DNA of 64,000 bases, taken from Rhodospirillaceae bacterium (GTDB taxonomy: Bacteria > Pseudomonadota > Alphaproteobacteria > Rhodospirillales > Casp-alpha2). Positions 9,458 through 18,345 of the stretch are shown here, in pieces; positions within the stretch are counted from its first letter, which is position 1; each line of letters opens with the position of its first letter. The stretch lies in contig NZAZ01000108.1 in assembly GCA_002686255.1 (NCBI GenBank), positions 3,336 through 67,335 of the forward strand, in the 5' to 3' direction. Both the position numbers and the translations under genes were made by a program. A model generated the notes under the pieces. The model made no database searches. It worked only from the letters and a program-made list of their open reading frames with translations, and was not told where the DNA came from.

Positions 9458-11377
9458 ATGGTCGCCATTACCCTTCCCGACGGCAGCAAACGCGAATTCG
9501 ACAAGCCCGTTTCCGGCGCCGACGTGGCCGCCGACATCGGCCCCGGATTGGCCAAGGCGGCATTGGCCGTCCGCGTCGGCGGCGAGATGAAGGACCTGAG
9601 CACGGTCATCGACGCTGGCGCCGAAATCGCCATCGTTACGGCCAAGGACGAGGACGCGTTGGAGTTGCTGCGTCACGATTGCGCCCACGTCATGGCCGAG
9701 GCGGTGAAGGAGCTTTTTCCCGAGACCCAGGTCACCATCGGTCCCAACATCGAGAACGGTTTTTATTACGACTTCGCCCGTGACGAGCCGTTCGTTCCCG
9801 AAGACCTGGAAAAGATCGAAGCCCGCATGCATGAAATCGTCAAACGGGACGAGCCGGTCACATGCGAAGTCTGGGACCGGGCCGAGGCGATCAAGTTCTT
9901 CAAAGACAAAGGCGAACATTATAAAGCCGAAATCATCGATGGAATCCCCGGCGATGAGGAGGTCTCGCTCTATCGTCAGGGCGACTTCATTGACCTTTGC
10001 CGGGGGCCGCATTTGCCGTCGACGGGGAAGCTGGGAAAAGCCTTCAAGCTGACCAAGCTGGCCGGGGCCTATTGGCGGGGCGATTCCAAGAACGAGATGC
10101 TGCAGCGGATTTACGGCACCTGCTGGGCCGAGGAAAAGCAGCTGAAGGCCTATCTGCATATGCTGGAAGAGGCGGAAAAGCGCGACCACCGGTGGCTGGG
10201 CCGCGAAATGAGCCTTTTTCACTTACAAGACATCGCCGCCGGCGCCGTGTTCTGGCATCCCAAGGGATGGACCCTTTACCGCACGCTCCGGACCTACATG
10301 CGCGAACGCCTCAAGGCCGAGGGTTACATCGAGGTCAACACGCCGCAGATGGTCGACCGCGTCCTGTGGGAAGCGTCCGGGCACTGGGAAAAATTCCGCG
10401 AAAACATGTTCACGTCCGATGTCGAGGACAAAGTGTTGGCGCTGAAACCCATGAACTGCCCCTGTCACGTACAGATCTTCAAACAGGGCATCACCAGTTA
10501 CCGGGACCTTCCAATCCGTATGGCCGAGTTCGGGGCGTGCCACCGGAACGAGCCCTCCGGTGCGTTGCACGGCCTGATGCGGGTCCGCGCCTTCGTCCAG
10601 GACGACGCTCATATCTTCTGCACCGAAGACCAGATCACATCGGAAACCCAGGCGTTCTGTACGCTTCTGCGGAGCGTCTACGAGGACTTGGGGTTCGAGG
10701 ACGTGATCGTGAAATTTTCCGACCGGCCCGAGGTCCGCGCCGGCAGCGACGAAACCTGGGACAAGGCCGAACGGGCGTTGCAGGACGCAACGGCGGCGAC
10801 GGGGCTGGAAACGGAACTCAATCCGGGCGACGGGACGTTCTACGGGCCGAAGCTGGATTTTGCCCTCCGCGACGCCATCGGCCGCGATTGGCAATGCGGC
10901 ACCCTGCAGGTGGACTTCGTTTTGCCTGAAAGGCTCGATGCCCACTACATCGGCGAGGACGGTGAAAAGCACCGCCCGGTCATGTTGCACCGGGCGATTC
11001 TGGGGTCTTTCGAGCGGTTCTTGGGCATCCTCATCGAACACTACGGGGGGAAATTCCCGTTGTGGCTGGCGCCGCTTCAGGTCGTTGTCGCCACCATCAC
11101 GTCCGAGGCCGACGACTACGCGGCCCAGGTCCATGCGGCTTTATGCGAGGCTGGGCTCAAGGCCGAACTGGATATCCGCAACGAAAAGATCAATTACAAG
11201 ATTCGAGAACACAGCGTCGCCAAGGTCCCGATAATCCTTGTCGTCGGCGCCAAGGAGGCCGCCGACGGCACGGTGGCGATGCGGCGTCTCGGTGGAAAAG
11301 ACCAAGAAAATCTTGCGCTTAAAGAGGCAACCGCTAGACTGCGGGAAGAAGCGGCCGGTCCGTTGGCTAGGACTTGA
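9458..11377 (+). CDS. thrS: Threonine--tRNA ligase
   Basis: TGS-domain start [14 protein letters not shown]. Class II catalytic core (FRGRE-like [23 protein letters not shown]) and anticodon-binding C-terminus. ATG 9458 preferred over in-frame GTG 9449. Confidence 0.95.
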   Translation: MVAITLPDGSKREFDKPVSGADVAADIGPGLAKAALAVRVGGEMKDLSTVIDAGAEIAIVTAKDEDALELLRHDCAHVMAEAVKELFPETQVTIGPNIENGFYYDFARDEPFVPEDLEKIEARMHEIVKRDEPVTCEVWDRAEAIKFFKDKGEHYKAEIIDGIPGDEEVSLYRQGDFIDLCRGPHLPSTGKLGKAFKLTKLAGAYWRGDSKNEMLQRIYGTCWAEEKQLKAYLHMLEEAEKRDHRWLGREMSLFHLQDIAAGAVFWHPKGWTLYRTLRTYMRERLKAEGYIEVNTPQMVDRVLWEASGHWEKFRENMFTSDVEDKVLALKPMNCPCHVQIFKQGITSYRDLPIRMAEFGACHRNEPSGALHGLMRVRAFVQDDAHIFCTEDQITSETQAFCTLLRSVYEDLGFEDVIVKFSDRPEVRAGSDETWDKAERALQDATAATGLETELNPGDGTFYGPKLDFALRDAIGRDWQCGTLQVDFVLPERLDAHYIGEDGEKHRPVMLHRAILGSFERFLGILIEHYGGKFPLWLAPLQVVVATITSEADDYAAQVHAALCEAGLKAELDIRNEKINYKIREHSVAKVPIILVVGAKEAADGTVAMRRLGGKDQENLALKEATARLREEAAGPLART

Positions 11378-11441
11378 AGGAATCGTATTTGAGTGGCGCA
11401 CCGGCCGGGATTTGGGCAAACCGGGGAGAGGAGATTTTTAA

Positions 11442-11978
11442 ATAGTCCGACGACCTTTTAACCAAGCGCCGACCCGGGAGGGTCCGCGCGTCAACGAACA
11501 TATCGAAGCCGAAAAAATTCGTGTTGTTAACGCCGACGGGGAAATGGTCGGCGTCATTTCCAAGGAAGAAGGAATAGAGATCGCCTTTGAGGCGGGACTC
11601 GACCTTGTCGAGGTGTCGCCCAATGCCGATCCGCCTGTGTGCAAGGTCCTCGATTACGGCAAATATAAATACGAAGCGCAGAAAAAAGCCAACGAGGCCC
11701 GCAAGAAACAGAAAGTCATCGACGTCAAGGAAATCAAGATGCGCCCCGGCATCGACGAACACGACTATCAGGTCAAGATGCGGAGCGTCCGTCGTTTCCT
11801 GGACGAGGGCGACAAAGTCAAGATGACGATCCGGTTCCGCGGCCGTGAAATGGCGCACCAGGAACTGGGCATGAAAGTCCTGGACCGGGTTCGCGAGGAC
11901 GTCGATGAATTGGCCAAGGTGGAGCAGTTCCCCAAGAGCGAAGGCCGCCTGATGACCATGGTCATCGCGCCGAAATAA
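11442..11978 (+). CDS. infC: Translation initiation factor IF-3 with non-canonical AUA start
   Basis: The track ORF (11544) lacks the conserved N-terminus. The frame is open back to the TAA at 11439. ATA at 11442 follows GGAGAGGAG and encodes [38 protein letters not shown], typical of IF-3. Confidence 0.8.
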   Translation: MVRRPFNQAPTREGPRVNEHIEAEKIRVVNADGEMVGVISKEEGIEIAFEAGLDLVEVSPNADPPVCKVLDYGKYKYEAQKKANEARKKQKVIDVKEIKMRPGIDEHDYQVKMRSVRRFLDEGDKVKMTIRFRGREMAHQELGMKVLDRVREDVDELAKVEQFPKSEGRLMTMVIAPK

Positions 11979-12030
11979 CACCACTTCCACAAAAGCTTAT
12001 AATCGCCGTCGCGGGATGGATTGCGTTGCC

Positions 12031-12059
12031 TTGCATTGCCCGGGGTTCGGGGCTATAAC
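12031..12059 (+). promoter_or_regulatory. Candidate sigma70-type promoter for rpmI-rplT
   Basis: TTGCAT (12031-12036), a 17-nt spacer, then TATAAC (12054-12059). About 85 nt upstream of rpmI. Confidence 0.35.
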
Positions 12060-12144
12060 CCGCGCCCATGAGCGGCTCGGCAGGGCATGCCCAACCGCTC
12101 TTATATTCGTCCGCCAGAATTCAAGAGAATAAAGGAAGAATGAA

Positions 12145-12342
12145 ATGCCCAAGCTGAAGACCAAATCCAGCGCCAAGAAGCGTTTCCGCCTGACCGGCAC
12201 GGGCAAGGTCCGCGCCAACGTCGCCTATAAAAGCCACATGCTTTCGAAGAAAACCCAAAAAATGAAACGCAAGGCGCGCGGAACCATGATTCTCAGCGAT
12301 GCCGACGCCCGCATCGTCAAATCCTATATGCCTTACGGCTGA
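12145..12342 (+). CDS. rpmI: 50S ribosomal protein L35
   Basis: 65 aa, [22 protein letters not shown]... AGGAAGAA SD upstream. Confidence 0.97.
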   Translation: MPKLKTKSSAKKRFRLTGTGKVRANVAYKSHMLSKKTQKMKRKARGTMILSDADARIVKSYMPYG

Positions 12343-12357
12343 GGGAGGGGAGAAGTC

Positions 12358-12723
12358 ATGGCACGCGTCAAACGGGGCGTCACCACTCACGCCCGTCACA
12401 AAAAAGTTCTGGATAGAGCCCGTGGTTATCAAGGCCGGGGAAAAAACAGTTTCCGCGTTGCCATCGAGCGCGTCGAAAAGGGCCTTCAATATGCCTATCG
12501 CGACCGTCGCAACCGCAAGCGTTCGTTCCGCAATCTTTGGATACAGCGAATCAATGCCGGCGCCCGCGAACACGGATTGACCTATTCCCAATTCATGAAC
12601 GGGCTGGGCAAGGCCGGCATCGAGATCGACAGGAAGATACTGTCCGACCTGGCGGTGCGGGAACCTGATTCCTTTAAGACGCTGGTGGAACAGGCCCAGG
12701 CCGCGCTCGCCAAAAACGCTTAA
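12358..12723 (+). CDS. rplT: 50S ribosomal protein L20
   Basis: 121 aa, [18 protein letters not shown]...RDRRNRKR. Follows rpmI by 15 nt. Confidence 0.97.
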   Translation: MARVKRGVTTHARHKKVLDRARGYQGRGKNSFRVAIERVEKGLQYAYRDRRNRKRSFRNLWIQRINAGAREHGLTYSQFMNGLGKAGIEIDRKILSDLAVREPDSFKTLVEQAQAALAKNA

Positions 12724-12754
12724 TCCCAAAAAAGGAATTTATGGGGATATAATC

Positions 12755-12792
12755 GGGAGCCGGCCTTTGTGGGCGGCTCCCTGTTGTTCTTT
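12755..12792 (+). terminator. Rho-independent terminator/attenuator between rplT and pheS
   Basis: GGGAGCCG (12755-12762) pairs with CGGCTCCC (12774-12781), followed by TGTTGTTCTTT. Confidence 0.5.
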
Positions 12793-12812
12793 GGGAACGG
12801 AAACTTGCAAGG

Positions 12813-13883
12813 ATGAAAGAACTCGACGCCCTTCGATCGGAACTGATGACCGCGGTCAAGGACGCCGCTGGCCTGGATGAGCTCGAGCAGATTCGGGTTT
12901 CCGCGCTCGGCAAAAAGGGCCGCATCACCGGGCTGATGAGGGGCCTGGGCGCCATGAATCCGGAGGCCCGCAAAGAGGCCGGCCAGGCTCTGAACGCCCT
13001 AAAAAACGAAGTCGCCGAAGCCATCGAGGCGAAAAAACGGACATCGGCCGATTCCGAACTGGACGCCCGGCTGACCGGGGAAAGGGTCGACGTCACCCTT
13101 CCCGTCAGGCCCGAAAGCCAGGGCTGCATTCATCCCATCAGCCAGACCATCGACGAGGTGGTGGCGATCCTGGGGGAAATGGAGTTCAGCGTCGCCGAAG
13201 GCCCGGACATCGAGGACGATTGGCATAACTTCACGGCGCTCAACATCCCTCCGGACCATCCGGCGCGGCAGGAACACGATACCTTTTACCTTCCGGGCTC
13301 GGGCGACGACGACCGTCTGGTGCTCCGCACCCATACCTCGCCGGTCCAGATCCGCACCATGATGGAAACGAAACCGCCAATCCGGATCATCGTGCCGGGC
13401 CGGACCTACCGCTGCGATTACGACGCCACCCATTCGCCGATGTTCCATCAGGTCGAAGGGCTGGTGGTGGACGAATCCACGCACATGGGACACCTGAAGG
13501 GATGCCTGATCGAATTCTGCCGGGCTTTCTTCGATATGGACGATTTGCCGGTCCGTTTCCGGCCCAGTTACTTCCCGTTTACCGAACCGTCGGCGGAAGT
13601 CGATATCGGCTGTACCCGCGAAGGCGGCGAATTCCGCATCGGCCACGGCGACGACTGGCTGGAAATCCTCGGCTGCGGCATGGTCAACCCGAAGGTGCTG
13701 GAAAACTGCAACATCGATCCGGCCAAATACCAGGGCTTCGCTTTCGGGCTCGGGATCGAACGAATGGCTATGTTGAAATACGGCATTCCCGATCTCCGCA
13801 CGTTTTTCGAATCCGACCTGCGGTGGCTCCGCCACTACGGGTTCAGCGCCTTTCAGGTGCCTTCCATGGTCGGGGGGCTGTAG
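12813..13883 (+). CDS. pheS: Phenylalanine--tRNA ligase alpha subunit
   Basis: 356 aa. [22 protein letters not shown] and [12 protein letters not shown] motifs. Confidence 0.96.
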   Translation: MKELDALRSELMTAVKDAAGLDELEQIRVSALGKKGRITGLMRGLGAMNPEARKEAGQALNALKNEVAEAIEAKKRTSADSELDARLTGERVDVTLPVRPESQGCIHPISQTIDEVVAILGEMEFSVAEGPDIEDDWHNFTALNIPPDHPARQEHDTFYLPGSGDDDRLVLRTHTSPVQIRTMMETKPPIRIIVPGRTYRCDYDATHSPMFHQVEGLVVDESTHMGHLKGCLIEFCRAFFDMDDLPVRFRPSYFPFTEPSAEVDIGCTREGGEFRIGHGDDWLEILGCGMVNPKVLENCNIDPAKYQGFAFGLGIERMAMLKYGIPDLRTFFESDLRWLRHYGFSAFQVPSMVGGL

Positions 13884-13886
13884 GCC

Positions 13887-16292
13887 ATGAAGTTCACCTT
13901 CGGTTGGCTCAAGGAACACCTGAATACGAAGGCCACCCTGGAAGAGGTGGTCGAGAAGCTGACCATGATCGGCCTTGAGGTCGATCAGGTCCATGACCGC
14001 GCCAAGGACCTGGACGGTTTCGTCGCCGCCCGGGTGGTGGAGGCCAGAAAACATCCCGACGCCGACAAGCTGACCGTCTGTCAGGTCGACAACGGCAGCG
14101 AAACGCTTGAGGTTGTCTGCGGGGCGCCCAATGCCCGGACCGGCCTCATCGGCGTGTTCGCCGAATCCGGGTCCTACATTCCGGGCACCGGAATCACCTT
14201 GAAACCGACGGAAATCCGGGGCGTCGTTTCCAACGGCATGCTGTTGTCGGAAAAAGAGGTCAACCTCGGCGACGACCATGACGGCATCATCGAATTGCCG
14301 GACGATACCGCCTTAGGCTCGCCCGCCGCCGACGCCCTGGGGCTTGCCGATCCGGTCATCGAAATCGAAATCACGCCCAACCGGGGGGATTGCCTGGGCG
14401 TCCGCGGCATCACCCGCGACCTGGCCGCCGCCGGCGTCGGCACGCTTAAACCCCTAGACCGTGATCCGGTTCCGGGCACGTTTGAAAGCCCGATCAAGGT
14501 TCACCTGGACTTTGACAAGGGGACCGAGGACGCCTGTCCCTATTTCGTCGGGCGTTTTATCCGCGGCGTCAAGAACGGGGAAAGCCCCAAATGGCTGAAG
14601 GACAAACTGACCGCCATCGGACTGCGCCCCATTTCGGCCCTGGTCGATATCACCAATTTGATGACCATAGACCTGGGGCGGCCGCTGCATGTCTTCGACG
14701 CCGCCAAGGTCGAGGGCGACATTCACGTCAGGCTGTCGAAAAAAGGTGAAAAGATCCTGGCCCTCGACGGCAAGGAATATGAGCTGGGCGGCGGCATGAC
14801 CGTGATCGCCGACGACGAAAAAGCCGAAGCCCTGGGCGGGGTCATCGGCGGCGAGGAATCGGGCTGCACCGAAGGCACCGTCGACATTTTCGTCGAATCC
14901 GCCTTTTTCGACCCCGTGCGCACGGCGATGACGGGGCGCAAGCTGAATATCCTGTCCGATGCCCGCTACCGGTTTGAACGCGGCGTCGATCCGGCGTTTT
15001 TGGTCGACGGCATGGAAATCACCACCCGCCTGGTGATGGACCTTTGCGGCGGCGAGCCTTCTGAACTGGTGATCGCCGGAAGCGAGCCCAAAAGTCAGCA
15101 ATCGATCACCCTCAGGCCTGAGCGGATCGAAAATTTCGGCGGCGTCAAGGTGGCGAAGAAAAAGATCACCGATATCCTGTCCGGTCTCGGATTCGAGGCC
15201 AAGAGAAGCAAGAACGGTTTAAACGTTTCGGTGCCGTCCTGGCGCTCCGATATCGTCGGCGAGGCCTGCCTGGTGGAAGAGGTCGTCCGCATCTTCGGCT
15301 ACGACAACATCCCCGCCATTCCCATGGACAACAACGGGAGCCTGCCGCATCCGGCCCTCAGCCCCGGCCAGCGCCGCCGCGCCATGGCCCGGCGCCTACT
15401 GGCCGGGCGCGGGCTGGTGGAGGCGGTGACCTATTCCTTCCTTGGCGGGGCGGAGGCGGCGCTGTTCGGCGGCGGCGGGGAGAGCCTGAAACTAATCAAT
15501 CCCATCAGCGCCGACCTTGCCGTCATGCGTCCGTCCCTGTTGCCCAACCTGATCGCCGCCGCCGCCCGCAACGCCGCCCGGGGAACGGCCGAGGCCCGGT
15601 TGTTCGAGATCGGACCCAGCTATTCCGGCGTCAAGCCGGACGAACAGGCCATGAAGGCGGCGGGCATCCGCTCGGGATCGTCGGGGGCCAGGAACTGGGC
15701 CGAGAAGCCTCGCCCGGTGGACGTTTTCGACGCCAAGGGGGACGTTCTGGCGGTGCTGGGCGGTCTTGGCGTGGCGGTGGAGAAAGCCGAAATCGCCGCC
15801 GAGGCGCCGGACTGGTACCACCCGGGGCACAGCGGCGTCGTGCGGCTGGGTCCGAAATCGGTGCTGGCGCATTTCGGCGAGATTCACCCCCGCGTGTTGA
15901 AGGATATGAACGCCGAGAGCCCCATGGCCGGGTTCGAAATCATTTTCGACAACCTGCCGAAGTTGAAGGAAAGGAAAAGCAGGACCCGTCCGCACCTGGA
16001 ACTGCCCCAGTTTCATTCGGTCGAGCGGGATTTCGCCTTTGTCGTCGATAGAGTCGTTACCGCGGCCCAGGTCATTAACGCGGCGGAAAAAGCCGACAAG
16101 AAACTGATCGCCCAGGTTTCCCTGTTCGACGTCTTCGAGGGCGGGGATTTAGGGGAAGGCAAGAAGTCCCTTGCCGTCAACGTCGTCCTGCAGCCGGTCG
16201 AAAAGACCCTGACCGACGCCGAAATCGACGCCATCGCCGAAAAAGTGGTGGCCAACGTCACCAAGGCGACGGGGGGCGTGCTCCGGGGGTGA
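13887..16292 (+). CDS. pheT: Phenylalanine--tRNA ligase beta subunit
   Basis: 801 aa. N-terminal tRNA-binding (MKFTFGWLKEHL), B3/4, B5 and FDX-ACB regions. 3 nt after pheS. Confidence 0.96.
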   Translation: MKFTFGWLKEHLNTKATLEEVVEKLTMIGLEVDQVHDRAKDLDGFVAARVVEARKHPDADKLTVCQVDNGSETLEVVCGAPNARTGLIGVFAESGSYIPGTGITLKPTEIRGVVSNGMLLSEKEVNLGDDHDGIIELPDDTALGSPAADALGLADPVIEIEITPNRGDCLGVRGITRDLAAAGVGTLKPLDRDPVPGTFESPIKVHLDFDKGTEDACPYFVGRFIRGVKNGESPKWLKDKLTAIGLRPISALVDITNLMTIDLGRPLHVFDAAKVEGDIHVRLSKKGEKILALDGKEYELGGGMTVIADDEKAEALGGVIGGEESGCTEGTVDIFVESAFFDPVRTAMTGRKLNILSDARYRFERGVDPAFLVDGMEITTRLVMDLCGGEPSELVIAGSEPKSQQSITLRPERIENFGGVKVAKKKITDILSGLGFEAKRSKNGLNVSVPSWRSDIVGEACLVEEVVRIFGYDNIPAIPMDNNGSLPHPALSPGQRRRAMARRLLAGRGLVEAVTYSFLGGAEAALFGGGGESLKLINPISADLAVMRPSLLPNLIAAAARNAARGTAEARLFEIGPSYSGVKPDEQAMKAAGIRSGSSGARNWAEKPRPVDVFDAKGDVLAVLGGLGVAVEKAEIAAEAPDWYHPGHSGVVRLGPKSVLAHFGEIHPRVLKDMNAESPMAGFEIIFDNLPKLKERKSRTRPHLELPQFHSVERDFAFVVDRVVTAAQVINAAEKADKKLIAQVSLFDVFEGGDLGEGKKSLAVNVVLQPVEKTLTDAEIDAIAEKVVANVTKATGGVLRG

Positions 16293-16315
16293 GTCCTCGG
16301 CGCCTTAGGCGCCAA

Positions 16316-17635
16316 TCAGCCTTTCACCGTATAAATCTTGGTTTTGGCCTGGCGTCCGCGGACGGTGACCTCGCCCATTTGTTCGAAGGTGCATTCCTCG
16401 CCACACGCCGCCACCGTGTTTTCACCGGCAAGAATGTAGGTGCCGTATTCCTTGTTGAGCTGTTCCAGCCGGGCGGCGATATTGATGTTGTCGCCATGGA
16501 CGGTGAAAACCAGCCGGTCCTTGGCGCCGATGGCGCCGATCACGATTTTGCCCGTATTGATGCCGCAACGGGTCTTCAGCGTCGCCCCCTTGCCGAAGGT
16601 GCGGCTGTTGGCGACTTCTTGAATGCCCATTGCCGTGCGAATGGCATTTTCGGCGTGGTCGTCGTCGGGCGTCAGGGCGTTGAAGATCACCAGCATCAGA
16701 TCGCCTGCGAACTGGGTGATGACGCCGCCGTGCTTGGCGATGACGTTCGACATGGCGCCGAAATATTCGTTCAGCATCTGCGCCAGTTCCTGTGGGCTCA
16801 GCTTTTCGGAAATGGTCGAGAATCCCTCAATGTCGGTGAACAGCACCGTAGCCACCTTGGATTCGCCGTCGCCGGGCTGGATGGCCCGGTCGGCGGACGT
16901 AATACGGTCGGCAACCTCAACAGACACGAACCGCGACAGGTCTTCCGCCGCCGTGGTTTCCAGGACGGCGCGGTTGAGTACCCTTTGCGCCCGGACGATG
17001 GCCACCGCCAAAACGACGGTGACGAACACGATGGACAGGATTTTATCGACTTCGGCGCCGATGAGGATGGCGTTGGACGTCAGGTAGGTGACGTAGTTGC
17101 GGGTGATCATCATGTCTCCGGGCACCGACCAGATGACGTAAAGCACCAGGATCAGCCACCCCACACCCGCCGCCGCGCCGGAAAGAATGATGAACCGGGG
17201 TTCGAATCTGAGCGCGCGGAGCGCGATAAAGATGAAAACATAAATCATCGTCGGCGCCTTCAGGTAGAACGACGCCGGTTGCATGTACTGGATGTGAAAG
17301 CTCCAGATCAGGACCATCAACAGCCCCATGTCCATCACCACCGAAGCCATCAACAGCCAGTTCGGCAATTGGCCTCTGTGGGCGCCGATCAGGCGGACCA
17401 TGGTAAAGATGAAATAGGCGGACAAAACCCAAGGCACCGGATGGAACCCGGCTTCCGGCGCGCTGGAAGGGGCAAGGGCGTACAGGATCCCGAAGGTGAC
17501 GACGAGAAGAAGCTGCACCCAACTGATAAGCTTCTCGCTTTCGCATTGCTGTTGGGCGATGCTTTCGCGCACCCGTTCCGGAAGGTGGCTTTGCAGCCGT
17601 TCGCCGAAAATAAAGACCGACAGTTTTTCCCACAT
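16316..17635 (-). CDS. Membrane-anchored class III adenylate/guanylate cyclase
   Basis: 439 aa. About 6 hydrophobic helices, then the cyclase homology domain (TVLFTDIEGFST...GDNINIAARLE). Convergent with pheT. Confidence 0.85.
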   Translation of the reverse strand: MWEKLSVFIFGERLQSHLPERVRESIAQQQCESEKLISWVQLLLVVTFGILYALAPSSAPEAGFHPVPWVLSAYFIFTMVRLIGAHRGQLPNWLLMASVVMDMGLLMVLIWSFHIQYMQPASFYLKAPTMIYVFIFIALRALRFEPRFIILSGAAAGVGWLILVLYVIWSVPGDMMITRNYVTYLTSNAILIGAEVDKILSIVFVTVVLAVAIVRAQRVLNRAVLETTAAEDLSRFVSVEVADRITSADRAIQPGDGESKVATVLFTDIEGFSTISEKLSPQELAQMLNEYFGAMSNVIAKHGGVITQFAGDLMLVIFNALTPDDDHAENAIRTAMGIQEVANSRTFGKGATLKTRCGINTGKIVIGAIGAKDRLVFTVHGDNINIAARLEQLNKEYGTYILAGENTVAACGEECTFEQMGEVTVRGRQAKTKIYTVKG

Positions 17636-17651
17636 GGCGAGGTTTTCTCGT

Positions 17652-18335
17652 CTATGGCCCGGCGGCGGTCTTGGCCGGGGCGGTTTCGTCGTCCATGGCG
17701 CGAATGACCTCCTTGACCGTCTCGCAGGTATTTTCCAGGTGTCTTTTCAGGACTGCCGCCAGCCTGGGGCCATCCCGGTCGGAAAGGGCGTCCAGGATTT
17801 CCTCGTGTTCGGCCATGGCCTGGTCCCACCGCTCATAGGAAAAATTCGCCCGATACCGGGCCAGGCGAATGCGGGCGGTCAAGGACTCGTAAATGCCGCC
17901 GAGGGTTCCGTTCCCCGTGGCGGTAAAAATATTGCCATGGATTTGTTGGTTGAGCTTGAAATACGGGGCCAGTTCCTTGCGCTTGTGGTGGGCGGCCATC
18001 TGATAGTGAAGGGCGTGGATTTCGTCGATCTCGTCATCGGTTATGCATTTGCAGGCGATCTCCCCGGCCAGCCCTTCCAGGACCCCCATGACCGGGAACA
18101 TTTCGTCCACGTCGTCGGCGGTCATTCGGGCGACCCGTGCGCCGCGGTTGGGAAGAAGCGTGAGAAGGCCTTCCGCCGCCAGGACCTTCAACGCTTCGCG
18201 GAGCGGCGTTCTTGAAACGGATAGTTGCCGGCACAGCAGTTTTTCCGGCACCCGCTGTCCGCCGATGAATTCTCCGGCGAAAATCATGTCCCGGATGCGG
18301 CCGACGATTTCGTCGTGAAGGGATGACGTGCTCAT
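17652..18335 (-). CDS. GntR family transcriptional regulator (FadR/FCD subfamily)
   Basis: Start set to ATG 18335 (MSTSSLHDEIV...). wHTH LPEKLLCRQLSVSRTPLREALKVL followed by a helical FCD-like domain. 10 nt downstream of the 993-aa dehydrogenase gene. Confidence 0.85.
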   Translation of the reverse strand: MSTSSLHDEIVGRIRDMIFAGEFIGGQRVPEKLLCRQLSVSRTPLREALKVLAAEGLLTLLPNRGARVARMTADDVDEMFPVMGVLEGLAGEIACKCITDDEIDEIHALHYQMAAHHKRKELAPYFKLNQQIHGNIFTATGNGTLGGIYESLTARIRLARYRANFSYERWDQAMAEHEEILDALSDRDGPRLAAVLKRHLENTCETVKEVIRAMDDETAPAKTAAGP

Positions 18336-18345
18336 GATCGTCTCG

